From IMG/VR virus record IMGVR_UViG_3300043122_000050: DNA of 64,000 bases; one strand, given 5' to 3'. The notes beneath the pieces were generated by a model, which saw nothing but the letters and a program-made list of their open reading frames with translations, did no database searches and had not been told where the DNA came from. Origin of the DNA: a virus. This document shows, piece after piece, positions 1-8,230 of the stretch. Position 1 is the first letter of the stretch; every line of letters starts with the position of its first letter. A program made the position numbers and the translations under genes.

Positions 1-163
1 ACTCCCCTGGCCTTGCCAGGTAGGCTGAACTCCCCTGGCCTTGCCAGGTAGGCTGAACTCCCCTGGCCTTGCCAGGTAGGCTGAACTCCCCTGGCCTTGC
101 CAGGTAGGCTGAACTCCCCTGGCCTTGCCAGGTAGGCTGAACTCCCCTGGCCTTGCCAGGTAG
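1..163. repeat. 28-bp perfect tandem direct repeat: 5 full copies plus a 23-bp partial copy (unit ACTCCCCTGGCCTTGCCAGGTAGGCTGA). Each unit contains the palindrome CCTGGC-CTT-GCCAGG
   Basis: The unit restarts exactly at 1, 29, 57, 85, 113 and 141 and diverges after 163. The array is cut by the window edge and may extend further left. Confidence 0.95.
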
Positions 164-250
164 CCATATAAAAGAACGCGCACACGCGAGTAGCACAAGC
201 CTGTTAGGTGTGCAAGGGGATTCTTTAAAAGAATTGTTTAAAATAATTGT

Positions 251-278
251 TTGCTTTGCTGGTTTTAGTGTGTATAAT
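251..278 (+). promoter_or_regulatory. sigma70-like promoter candidate (TTGCTT, 16 nt, TATAAT) pointing into an ORF-poor stretch
   Basis: TTGCTT at 251-256 and TATAAT at 273-278, with TG just upstream. No convincing RBS or ORF lies downstream. Confidence 0.35.
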
Positions 279-731
279 GATCACAAGCGGGCAACGCAGA
301 CTAGGACAGTCGAGCGCCGGAGACAAACAGGGAGGGTGGGCGTTATTCTGGGAATGCGAATAGCTCGCATCAAAAATCATGCCAACAATAACGCTTTACA
401 TTGTCCAAATTATATGGGCATAATCAGACAAATTTTCGGCAGCCCAGCAGGGACGGCCATTGTGTGCCTGCTATTCTGAAAATTTAAGCAAACATCATAC
501 CAAGGCGTGACGTATAGATATTTTATATCGGCTATGCCGTGACGGATAGGCTGTCACTATGATGATAGCGGCTATCTATCGGCCAGCGTCTGTCGATAGA
601 ATATAGGCAACGTCTATGGCTACCCCATTAGGCGATAGAGGATGACTATAGTCATCGCCTCTCTGCCCCCCTACAGGGCAAAACAAATCCTGTAGAAACT
701 CAGGGGTCACAGGAAATTTTTGTATAGAATT

Positions 732-825
732 TTCTGGCTGTCAAAAACGCCCTAGGTCTAAATTTTTGGCTGTAAAAAGCTGTCTAGACCTCGTTTTCTG
801 GCTGGGAAAAGCTGTCCAATCCCTG
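732..825. repeat. Three iteron-like direct repeats at 32-bp spacing (TTYTGGCTGnnAAAAnGC..)
   Basis: TTCTGGCTG at 732, TTTTGGCTG at 764 and TTCTGGCTG at 796. Each is followed by an A-run and GC(T)GTC. Confidence 0.6.
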
Positions 826-1143
826 AGAATTTGAAACTGTAAGAGTTTTATAAGACCACCCCGCCTAAACAGCTCACATTAACCACATCACTATCTCCTC
901 TCCCCTCACCCCTCTCAAACATCAAACAAAACACCTCTATTCGTTGCTTAAAACAGCATAGAAATCGTTTTCTACCCCTACCCCATACAAGGGTGGCGCT
1001 ACGCGCTTACAGCGCTTAAAACAGCCTTAAATTAGCTACAAATAATCGAGCCTTCAAGATTCTAGTCCCGGCTCGAAATATTGCAGCATTTTAGGAGGGT
1101 GGCATCAAATATCCAACCCTTCAAATATCATGGTGAAGTATCC

Positions 1144-1425
1144 TTACGGTACAAGACCTAGGCGCAATAGGTTATGACCTTCATACTTAAAGTATCCCTT
1201 TGATATATATCTCACTTCAAAATCTATGGCAGTTCGCTTTAAATCTTCAAGAATACGGTTGAGTTTACCTGTAGATACTGATGGTATCCCACCTTTAGAT
1301 AAAGAAATGTAATGGAAATCTACAGGGTCAATACACATCAAACTATTCCTGACAGTTTGCCCATAAAGATATAAGTAGGGCGTTATATGGTTTTGTTCAA
1401 CGTATAAGATATTCTTATCTGTCAT
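1144..1425 (-). CDS. Hypothetical early protein, paralog family L1 (N-terminal ..ILYVE..PY.Y motif)
   Basis: GGAGGG RBS 9 nt upstream. ATGA overlap with the stop of the upstream gene. Similar to 1802..2053 and 2046..2336. Confidence 0.7.
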   Translation of the reverse strand: MTDKNILYVEQNHITPYLYLYGQTVRNSLMCIDPVDFHYISLSKGGIPSVSTGKLNRILEDLKRTAIDFEVRYISKGYFKYEGHNLLRLGLVP

Positions 1426-1805
1426 ACTTTCTTACCCTCCTCTCTTACCTTCTTCCGCTCTTTAGCAGCTAAAATCTTCTCAATCTCAGCCTTCTTTTCA
1501 CTACGAATTGTAGCCATGGAGTGAAGTATATCAGCAGGAAGACGGTCGTACAACCAATCTTCTTCTACAATCGTAACAGTCCCGTTCTCCACCCACTGAT
1601 GCCCAACCGTAAGCTCACTGGACATTGACCAACTTCCATTGAGATATTTAGAGCCATAGTAAGTGTAGCCTAACTTAATTTTCTTTCGCACTTCCAAGAC
1701 AACTCCGAATTGAATTGTATGCTTATCTTTGACAAACAAACACAAATCCCCTTCTTTGATGTTCTGTCCTAGAATGTCTTTATATTCACTTAGTAATATT
1801 GTCAT
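1422..1805 (-). CDS. Hypothetical protein, 127 aa, with a Lys/Glu-rich C-terminus
   Basis: GGGAGG RBS. Start and stop overlap the neighbouring genes. Confidence 0.7.
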   Translation of the reverse strand: MTILLSEYKDILGQNIKEGDLCLFVKDKHTIQFGVVLEVRKKIKLGYTYYGSKYLNGSWSMSSELTVGHQWVENGTVTIVEEDWLYDRLPADILHSMATIRSEKKAEIEKILAAKERKKVREEGKKV

Positions 1806-2053
1806 TTAATTCCTCCCTCAGTTTGAAACCACTCTACATCCTTATATACAATCTGATATTCAATAGTTGTACCGTCAAGGAATTTTAGGAAAGGCTGATA
1901 CTCCTCCTCAAAGTAAGCCATCCAATGACCATTAGCAAGATGTTCAGAGATGTCCCCATGATTATACAGAGCAGCTATATTCTTAATCGTACTACTCTCT
2001 GTGTAGATATAAGGAACGCCGCTCTTTCCCTCTACATATAATATTTCAGTCAT
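1802..2053 (-). CDS. Hypothetical early protein, family L1
   Basis: GGAGG RBS embedded in the last codons of the upstream gene. Begins MTEILYVEGKSGVPYIY, like its paralogs. Confidence 0.7.
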   Translation of the reverse strand: MTEILYVEGKSGVPYIYTESSTIKNIAALYNHGDISEHLANGHWMAYFEEEYQPFLKFLDGTTIEYQIVYKDVEWFQTEGGIK

Positions 2054-2336
2054 CCCATGCCTCCATTAGCTTCTTAGTATTATCAGAGTTAAAGAATCCT
2101 TTTCCATGAGGAACCATCTCAATAGTTACAAACCCCATTCTTGATACTAACTCTTTTATATTCTTTAGAACCATCTGATCAACAACTACCCTATTCCAAT
2201 CTTCCAGCTTTGATGTACCAACAGTGACATCTCCGAATGCATACTTCATTGTCAAATTCCTGGCTATCATACTACCAAACGTAATATATGGCATGTGGTT
2301 ATCAGCTTCAATATAAATCACATCTTTATCTTGCAT
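2046..2336 (-). CDS. Hypothetical early protein, family L1
   Basis: Begins MQDKDVIYIEADNHMPYITF, like its paralogs. RBS is weak. Confidence 0.65.
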   Translation of the reverse strand: MQDKDVIYIEADNHMPYITFGSMIARNLTMKYAFGDVTVGTSKLEDWNRVVVDQMVLKNIKELVSRMGFVTIEMVPHGKGFFNSDNTKKLMEAWDD

Positions 2337-2339
2337 GAC

Positions 2340-2849
2340 CTAGCCCACTACGTTTAAGTCAGACACTTTAACAATCTTTGTCCACACCCCTTCACTAACA
2401 TTACGCCACCCATCAATACGAAAGAAGTTTTCCAGAGCGTTCTTATCTGCTTCGTTTGAAAGATAAAACTTAGACTCCTCTTTCTCTAGATAACTCTTAA
2501 AGAAGTTTGATACAGCCTTTGTTGATGCTTTCTTAGTGCAACCACTCATACCATCTCTGTAGTTTGATGAGTATTTAGATATATCTTCCACTACCACTGT
2601 ACGGCCAAGATTGTTATAGAGATAGCTACCAAAGAATTTTATAAGGAACCAAACTGGATATAGAAAGAATACAAACATAAGTGGCCCCATGTAAATATGG
2701 ACAATTTCTGGGATTTCCTCGTATGTAAAAAACTTATCTCCATTTAGATACATAGCTACTAAATTCATAGAGCATACAACAAGCCAACCACAAAAAAGCC
2801 ACAAAGAGATGAGAATAAGCAGTCCAGTTAACCCGTACAAAATTTCCAT
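2340..2849 (-). CDS. Hypothetical membrane protein (about 3 hydrophobic helices in the N-terminal half)
   Basis: AGGAGGA RBS. Hydrophobic segments LTGLLILISLWLFCGWLVVC and GPLMFVFFLYPVWFLIKFF. Confidence 0.65.
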   Translation of the reverse strand: MEILYGLTGLLILISLWLFCGWLVVCSMNLVAMYLNGDKFFTYEEIPEIVHIYMGPLMFVFFLYPVWFLIKFFGSYLYNNLGRTVVVEDISKYSSNYRDGMSGCTKKASTKAVSNFFKSYLEKEESKFYLSNEADKNALENFFRIDGWRNVSEGVWTKIVKVSDLNVVG

Positions 2850-2862
2850 ATCTTCCTCCTAA

Positions 2863-3087
2863 TTATTCCTGAAACTCTCGGATGATGGTATCCATCTTAT
2901 CGTTGATGGAGCATAGCACAAGGAACATGCTCATTGGAATAGACGTGAGGATGAATGTTACAAGAGAAGCAATCAACCCAGCAACAATGCCAGATGTAGC
3001 TGCAAATGCAATCCCTACAACCCCTGTCACTACAACAATAATTGCAATACTTAGGAGCTTCAGTGTATTAATAATAAAGCTGTTCAT
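2863..3087 (-). CDS. Small membrane protein, 74 aa (2 TM helices)
   Basis: GGAGGAG RBS. The protein is almost entirely hydrophobic. Confidence 0.65.
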   Translation of the reverse strand: MNSFIINTLKLLSIAIIVVVTGVVGIAFAATSGIVAGLIASLVTFILTSIPMSMFLVLCSINDKMDTIIREFQE

Positions 3088-3254
3088 TTATTGTTCTCCT
3101 CCATTTGTTCTAAGACAGCACGATATTGTTCTGTAAGATATTTCACTTGATTTCTGTAGAAGTCTCTTACAGCTTCAGGGGAATTCTGACAGATGTGTTC
3201 GTTAATGGCAATAGCTTCAGCTAACCCTTGTTTACGAGATTCCAAGCTTTCCAT
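3084..3254 (-). CDS. Hypothetical small protein, 56 aa. Start moved to the internal ATG
   Basis: GAGGAGGAAGGT lies directly before the ATG at 3254. The track's GTG start at 3290 has no RBS. Confidence 0.55.
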   Translation of the reverse strand: MESLESRKQGLAEAIAINEHICQNSPEAVRDFYRNQVKYLTEQYRAVLEQMEENNK

Positions 3255-3264
3255 ACCTTCCTCC

Positions 3265-3546
3265 TCAGAATTTGTAGACTTTACCTTCACACTTCACCTC
3301 GCTCAATGTATCCAAAGAAATATTCACCCACTTATCACTTTTATCAACGTCGCAAGCTGTGTAGTATTGAGGCTTGCTAGCTACAGGGTTTTCTTTAGCA
3401 AGGCTTGCATGGCCCTCTGTAAATGCAGCATGAATAAAACGCTTGCAATTAGCCTCACGAATCTCCCCACTCTTCACTTTCCAGACAGCTTTAAAGAACT
3501 TGCCACCAAAGGAATCAAGAAGTTGACGCTTTTGAGTGATATCCAT
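3265..3546 (-). CDS. Hypothetical protein, 93 aa
   Basis: GAGAGGAG RBS. Confidence 0.65.
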   Translation of the reverse strand: MDITQKRQLLDSFGGKFFKAVWKVKSGEIREANCKRFIHAAFTEGHASLAKENPVASKPQYYTACDVDKSDKWVNISLDTLSEVKCEGKVYKF

Positions 3547-3579
3547 TTTGTTTCTCCTCTCTGAGTTGATGTGTCTATT

Positions 3580-4332
3580 CTAAGACAACCGTGAAACTGC
3601 GTCAAGCAATTCTTTCAGCTTTTGATATTCCTCAAACGCTTCATTCCCAAGGACAGCAATGGCATCTAGTACAGCATGGGCATCTAGGGAGTAATCAAGA
3701 TTGTGCTTAATTTTCAGTGTAGTGGCATAGTTGATTACAGCTTTCTCAGCAGCAACACGATCAGCTTCTTTCTCAGCAGCAGCAAGCTCTGTGATCTTCT
3801 GCTTTGCATACAGTTCAATCTCCCTCATCTTGCTTTCCATATCACGCTTGACAGTATCCCAATTATCCACCGTAGGAACACTACGACGAACATCCTGAAG
3901 CCATCCAGCAGTGTGTGTTGTAATTGTAGGCTTACGACTACGAGATGTCTTGTATTCAGAGGTTGTGTATGTTTCAGGGATACCGATGAATTTCATGATA
4001 TCTTTAACTTTACCACGTACACGCAGATTGTTCTCAATAGCATCTTTATTCACATGCTCTTGAAGCTTATGTGCATCCATTGCAACTTTATAGCTCTGCA
4101 TTACATTCAGCAGTTTCATCTGAAATTCATTGGCTGTCGTGAATTCGTCCCAATTACTCCAGCCACGATTTAGGCTAAAGATTTGCTTTGTTGTTACACT
4201 CTGTAAATCCCAAGGATTCTTATGTGTAATCAGCTTCTGTACGGTTGGGATTGTATCATCACCTTTCTTCTTCAACCCCTCGATCTGAATCTTCATAGCT
4301 TCTAGAGCTTTATCAATATCGCTTACAAACAT
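3580..4332 (-). CDS. Hypothetical protein, 250 aa
   Basis: TAGGAGGA RBS. Long ORF with normal composition. Confidence 0.7.
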   Translation of the reverse strand: MFVSDIDKALEAMKIQIEGLKKKGDDTIPTVQKLITHKNPWDLQSVTTKQIFSLNRGWSNWDEFTTANEFQMKLLNVMQSYKVAMDAHKLQEHVNKDAIENNLRVRGKVKDIMKFIGIPETYTTSEYKTSRSRKPTITTHTAGWLQDVRRSVPTVDNWDTVKRDMESKMREIELYAKQKITELAAAEKEADRVAAEKAVINYATTLKIKHNLDYSLDAHAVLDAIAVLGNEAFEEYQKLKELLDAVSRLS

Positions 4333-4344
4333 AAATCCTCCTAA

Positions 4345-4494
4345 TTATTTAATAGCCTTCATAATCTTTACAAACTTCTCAGGACGACTATACAACCAGC
4401 CTTCTTCACTTCCAATGACAGAAAACTGAGAAGCTCTCTCTAAAGCAATCGCTTTCATAGCGTCGTCAAACGAATTGAATAATGTAGCTACCAT
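4345..4494 (-). CDS. Small ORF, 49 aa (MVATLFNSFDDAMKAIALE...), below the ORF-track length cutoff
   Basis: GAGGTG RBS 6 nt before the ATG. It fills an otherwise empty gap between genes. Confidence 0.45.
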   Translation of the reverse strand: MVATLFNSFDDAMKAIALERASQFSVIGSEEGWLYSRPEKFVKIMKAIK

Positions 4495-4550
4495 TTTATA
4501 CACCTCGTAGAGTTGTGGATAAGATCAGAGTTGTGGATAGAATCACCATT

Positions 4551-4763
4551 CTATAGTTCCTCCAAGAGTTTATTGAGAGCTTTAAGTGCATTGTTTTTGT
4601 TCGCAAACTGGCTTCGCTCCGATGTGCAGATTGTACCTAAGCCAGTGGGTTTGTGCAAGATATAAATTCCTGATGGAATGGTTCCTGTCATCATTCCTGT
4701 GCGTACTACAGGAGGCCATACGCCTATTTCGAGGTCTTCTGGTGGGATTGTGTTAGCGCTCAT
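4551..4763 (-). CDS. Hypothetical protein, 70 aa
   Basis: ATGA start/stop overlap with the upstream gene. Confidence 0.6.
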   Translation of the reverse strand: MSANTIPPEDLEIGVWPPVVRTGMMTGTIPSGIYILHKPTGLGTICTSERSQFANKNNALKALNKLLEEL

Positions 4764-5044
4764 TTGATTTTGATTCCTAGGTTCGTGGATTCAATGGCGG
4801 TGCGTACCTCGTCAGCATCAACCACATCGCTAAACCAGCCGCCTTCATCAATAATTTCTCTGCTTTCTGGGAGGCTAATCACAACACTATCTAGAGCAGC
4901 ATTAAAAGCCTCCCAAGCATACTGTACAACCCAAAAGTTCTTACCAACGTAGCTGTTAGTTGCAACAGACCAACCTACACCTTCTGGAATAGTTGTAGAT
5001 TGTTCAAACAGCTCACGGCGAGTTTCTTTCACTGTCTTATTCAT
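4760..5044 (-). CDS. Hypothetical protein, 94 aa. Start moved to the ATG at 5044
   Basis: GGGAGGGGAA ATGA: the RBS lies in the last codons of the upstream gene, with an ATGA overlap. Confidence 0.65.
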   Translation of the reverse strand: MNKTVKETRRELFEQSTTIPEGVGWSVATNSYVGKNFWVVQYAWEAFNAALDSVVISLPESREIIDEGGWFSDVVDADEVRTAIESTNLGIKIK

Positions 5045-5349
5045 TTCCCCTCCCATTTAATAATCTCTAGAGCAATATCATTTGCAAGACACCCTAGGAT
5101 GATTTTATCCCTAACTGCACCTTCTACAATACACCAGCCTCTTTTAACTCTCTGTGCAGCTGGACCGTAGTAATTTATAAGTTGTTCACCTAATGATTGT
5201 ACAAGTATACCAAACTCTTCTTCTGTAAAGGCACGACAATTCTCTGCTGTCCATTTAGGGCCTTCTTCCTCTGAAAGTGCTGTCCTTAGAACTGACTGAG
5301 GGCCTTTTGTATCGTAAAGGTATAACTTATTGATTACTACAACACTCAT
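5041..5349 (-). CDS. Hypothetical early protein, paralog family L2 (..LYLY.. near the N-terminus, ..ILGCLAN....I.W at the C-terminus)
   Basis: GGGAGA RBS before the ATG at 5349. Similar to 5351..5686 and 5706..5993. Confidence 0.65.
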   Translation of the reverse strand: MSVVVINKLYLYDTKGPQSVLRTALSEEEGPKWTAENCRAFTEEEFGILVQSLGEQLINYYGPAAQRVKRGWCIVEGAVRDKIILGCLANDIALEIIKWEGK

Positions 5350-5350
5350 A

Positions 5351-5686
5351 TTAATTCTCCCAAGTAATAACTTGAACATCTACACTGTTAGCTAGGCACC
5401 CTAGTATGAATTTCTGATAAACCATCTCATTTATCCTTCTGTAATCTGTACCTCCCCAAACATAGAAGAATCCCGGTTTATCTTCAACAAGGGAAGTTGG
5501 GGTTTCGTACATTGTCCCTTCAACAGAATGTTTAATAACCATACGCTCCACTTCTGTAAATGATTTACAATTTTTACTACTCCATGTAGGAGTTTCAGTC
5601 TCTAGAGGAGGATTCTTCCTGATTACAAATGCAGTGTTCTTTAGGCTGTATAGGTATAAATCTGGGAGCTTAGCTTTACTATTCAT
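5351..5686 (-). CDS. Hypothetical early protein, family L2
   Basis: GAGGA RBS. C-terminus KFILGCLANSVDVQVITWEN. Confidence 0.7.
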   Translation of the reverse strand: MNSKAKLPDLYLYSLKNTAFVIRKNPPLETETPTWSSKNCKSFTEVERMVIKHSVEGTMYETPTSLVEDKPGFFYVWGGTDYRRINEMVYQKFILGCLANSVDVQVITWEN

Positions 5687-5705
5687 TCTATTGTCCTCTA
5701 GATGA

Positions 5706-5993
5706 TTAACGCCAGTTTATCACTTCCAAGTCAACATCACAAGCCATACACCCAATAATAAACTTCTCCACGGCGTAATCTGGAAATCTTGTCCATCCAT
5801 ACCCGCGAGTGCTCGGGAACCGCTGTAAGTCTCCATCGCTAAGGACTTTCCTAAGAATATCTTTTTCTTTACCTGAAAAAGACGGGCAGAAATCTGCCTC
5901 CCAGTCAGGAGCCTTACCTCTAAGATCACTTGAGGTTCTTAGTACATGGCTACGTAAATTCCAATCAGTTACGTTAAGATATAGGTATAACAT
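5706..5993 (-). CDS. Hypothetical early protein, family L2. Start moved to the ATG at 5993
   Basis: TAGGAGGA RBS 5 nt before the ATG at 5993. The paralogs begin at the equivalent ..LYLY.. position. Confidence 0.6.
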   Translation of the reverse strand: MLYLYLNVTDWNLRSHVLRTSSDLRGKAPDWEADFCPSFSGKEKDILRKVLSDGDLQRFPSTRGYGWTRFPDYAVEKFIIGCMACDVDLEVINWR

Positions 5994-6222
5994 AGATATC
6001 CTCCTACATATCCACAGAACTACTCCAACGATTGCGTTTTTCCTTACGTTCTTTCCGAAACTCACGTTGTTTCTTCTTAGTGTCTTTCTTGTAAGAGTCA
6101 TACTCATACTGCTTATTGAATTCTTGTGCTTGCATGGTTTTCAAAATTAAATCTCCTGTTGATTGTGTTTAGGCTTACGTTTGTACTTTGTTCGATCACG
6201 CTGTACAGATGGTTTGTTGAAT

Positions 6223-6696
6223 TTATGTAGGTGTATTGCTACTGGGTTGTTCATCTTCAGTCCCTTCTTCCCCGACTTCTTCTTTTTCGTCTTTGTCACC
6301 TTCTCCCTCCAGAGCTTCATCAATCTTCTTGTTCAAGAGTTCAAGAGCTTTACCGCCAAGCTGTTTAGCTGGCTCACTCGTCAATACGTTGTATGTTACA
6401 CCACTCCCTACAATGATTGCAAGCTGTTGTTGTGTAGGAATTAGGTTGGCAATGCATACAAATACAATCCCTATAGGAGCACAAATCTTAGCAAGCTTTC
6501 GTGTCTTCACTGGAAAGCTCATGTTCCAGAAGTCTGTGAAATAATTTTTACGGCTCTCGCTGGCGGCAATACCACAGCCTATTGCCAACACAGGGATTGA
6601 AAACACAGAGAACCAGAACATATGTCCACCAATCATCATTAAGAAGCCGCCAAGACTCTCAGCCATTACAAACAAGTAAATCAAAAAGAATTCCAT
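6223..6696 (-). CDS. Membrane protein with about 4 TM helices and an acidic C-terminal tail
   Basis: GGAGGTG RBS. TAATG overlap with the upstream gene. Confidence 0.65.
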   Translation of the reverse strand: MEFFLIYLFVMAESLGGFLMMIGGHMFWFSVFSIPVLAIGCGIAASESRKNYFTDFWNMSFPVKTRKLAKICAPIGIVFVCIANLIPTQQQLAIIVGSGVTYNVLTSEPAKQLGGKALELLNKKIDEALEGEGDKDEKEEVGEEGTEDEQPSSNTPT

Positions 6697-7070
6697 TATT
6701 CACCTCCGTTATCAAAGTAATATTCCAATACCAATCCGCATCTAACATAAGCTGGAATCTCTGGGTTGTCAAGAGGAAAGCCTGCCAAGCTTTTGTAGCC
6801 TTCAATCTCAGCCCAATCCTTAACATCAATGTTACACACCTTTAACAATCTTTTCAAGTGTTTCGTTTCTGAACAGGGAGTATATGATGTAGGCAATCGA
6901 AACCCAATACGGCTAGCAAGCTCACGCCAATGGTTCTCATCTTGCCACGAGGTTTTTAGATTATCCTCAGCAAAGAGCTTCTTAGCAGCCTTTGAAGCCT
7001 TAGCCTTCTCTCGCATTTCAAGGCGTTGTTCTGGTGTTAAATTGGATAAGTAATCTTTATTCATTTGCAA
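6696..7070 (-). CDS. Hypothetical protein, 124 aa
   Basis: AAGGAGG RBS. Confidence 0.7.
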   Translation of the reverse strand: MQMNKDYLSNLTPEQRLEMREKAKASKAAKKLFAEDNLKTSWQDENHWRELASRIGFRLPTSYTPCSETKHLKRLLKVCNIDVKDWAEIEGYKSLAGFPLDNPEIPAYVRCGLVLEYYFDNGGE

Positions 7071-7551
7071 CCTCCTTAATCTTATCCCGAATCTGCTGGA
7101 TAGAGATTGGGGAGTAGTTAGTATTCTCTAAACAGCAATTGAAGTAGTTGATGTCTGGAATTGTACTACCATGTACATGACCATGCAAGTTAATTTTACC
7201 ACGAAGCTCTTGTGGGTGTAGAGGAGCATGACTCAACCAGAACTCTTTATACTTGATCAGCGAGTGAACACTGTCAAAGTGCTTTACAATCTCACTAATA
7301 TGTACATGCTCTGTGCAATGATTACCTAAAACCAACACCCTCTGTTCACCCACCCAACTACCAATATCTTCCAGACGTTCTTGTGTGAAAGCAATATCTC
7401 CCAAGAAGAACACCTTATCCCGTTTAGTTACAACTTTGTGGTAGTTCTCTTTAATAGTGTTAAAGTGTTCTTCTTCAGATTCAAAGGGACGATACTTACA
7501 AATGGTATTATGTCCACCGTGTATATCTGATATAAACCAAACATTAGCCAT
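7057..7551 (-). CDS. Calcineurin-like metallophosphoesterase
   Basis: Motifs SDIHGGH, LGDIAF, GNHC and HGHVHG occur in the canonical order. Confidence 0.8.
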   Translation of the reverse strand: MANVWFISDIHGGHNTICKYRPFESEEEHFNTIKENYHKVVTKRDKVFFLGDIAFTQERLEDIGSWVGEQRVLVLGNHCTEHVHISEIVKHFDSVHSLIKYKEFWLSHAPLHPQELRGKINLHGHVHGSTIPDINYFNCCLENTNYSPISIQQIRDKIKEVANE

Positions 7552-7702
7552 TCACATTCTCCGTATTAAACTCACAATGTGCAATATAATACAACACTAA
7601 GAAGAATACAAGGAAATCAAACCCTCCAGTTATAATTGTCATAAACAAAGCTAGCATTGAAGCGGGAAGTGTAACTTTCCATTCATGCATTAAATTATTC
7701 AT
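7544..7702 (-). CDS. Small hydrophobic ORF, 52 aa, below the ORF-track cutoff
   Basis: A GGAGGA RBS is supplied by the ..LMED stop region of the upstream gene. One clear TM segment. Confidence 0.45.
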   Translation of the reverse strand: MNNLMHEWKVTLPASMLALFMTIITGGFDFLVFFLVLYYIAHCEFNTENVNG

Positions 7703-7704
7703 AT

Positions 7705-7917
7705 TTAATCCTCCATTAATTCAAGAATATCTATAACAATCTTTACTTCTCTTCTGCTTAATTTATAACAGCCTCCGAATTGAGTGACTTTATATGGCTC
7801 AAACAGTGTGCTAATTATATTCCTAGATGTCTGTGACAGATAATAATCTTCAATATAATACTTAAATCCAACTAACTCAGAACAGTTGAGTAGTATAATA
7901 TCCTGTTTTATACCCAT
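7705..7917 (-). CDS. First leftward early gene, 70 aa, with C-terminus ..IDILELMED (small-protein superfamily)
   Basis: ATGGAGGCTGTC ATG: the RBS favours the ATG at 7917. Confidence 0.6.
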   Translation of the reverse strand: MGIKQDIILLNCSELVGFKYYIEDYYLSQTSRNIISTLFEPYKVTQFGGCYKLSRREVKIVIDILELMED

Positions 7918-7946
7918 GACAGCCTCCATTCGTTTTCAATGAGTCA

Positions 7947-7976
7947 ATCATACCTCAACCCCTTCCCCTCAGTCAA
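7947..7976 (-). promoter_or_regulatory. Leftward early promoter candidate (TTGACT, 18 nt, TATGAT on the minus strand)
   Basis: Plus-strand ATCATA at 7947-7952 and AGTCAA at 7971-7976. Two AGA(A/T)TTCT motif copies lie just upstream at 7988-8006. Confidence 0.45.
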
Positions 7977-8171
7977 GCTCCAAATCAAGAAAATCTACAG
8001 AAATCTCCTACAGAGAGGAGGGGAAGGCATAAAGGCACCTCTAGAATCAAACGAAACCGATTGTTTGTACTGTTTTAGCATCATAAAATCAACGAACGGC
8101 TATCGCCCTAGGCCATGGTAGCTCTTAGCTATAAAGAATGCAAAACTACCTCCTGTAGCATAGGAAGGAGG

Positions 8172-8200
8172 TTGACAAGGGAATCCGTGAGGAATACAAT
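8172..8200 (+). promoter_or_regulatory. Rightward early promoter (TTGACA, 17 nt, TACAAT)
   Basis: Consensus -35 at 8172-8177 and near-consensus -10 at 8195-8200. It lies 30 nt upstream of the gene at 8231. Confidence 0.6.
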
Positions 8201-8230
8201 CCTCTCACACAAGTCAAACCGGAGGGGATT

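Noticed and set aside
1-163. The 28-bp palindromic repeats could be a CRISPR array
   Set aside because: The copies are directly abutting with no spacers, and no cas genes are nearby. This is a plain tandem repeat.
153-479. 108-aa track ORF on the plus strand
   Set aside because: It starts inside the tandem repeat and spans a promoter-like element. It has no RBS and has odd, Arg-rich, low-complexity composition. It is most likely non-coding.
850-950. G-quadruplex on the strand opposite the G-depleted tract
   Set aside because: Only two runs of at least four G (GAGGGGTGAGGGGAGAGG) are present, which is not enough for a canonical four-run quadruplex.
480-1140. tRNA or tmRNA genes in the large intergenic regions (also 7930-8230, 8680-9040, 20683-20958)
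   Set aside because: I could fold no cloverleaf-compatible acceptor/T-arm pairing or GTTCRANNC-type T-loop by eye. This is not a substitute for running tRNAscan-SE.
5994-6135. An N-terminal extension of the L2 paralog (track start 6107), or a separate 43-aa highly basic ORF (6004..6135)
   Set aside because: Neither ATG has a well-spaced RBS, whereas the ATG at 5993 has a perfect one and matches the paralog N-termini. The basic ORF cannot be excluded, but it is unsupported.
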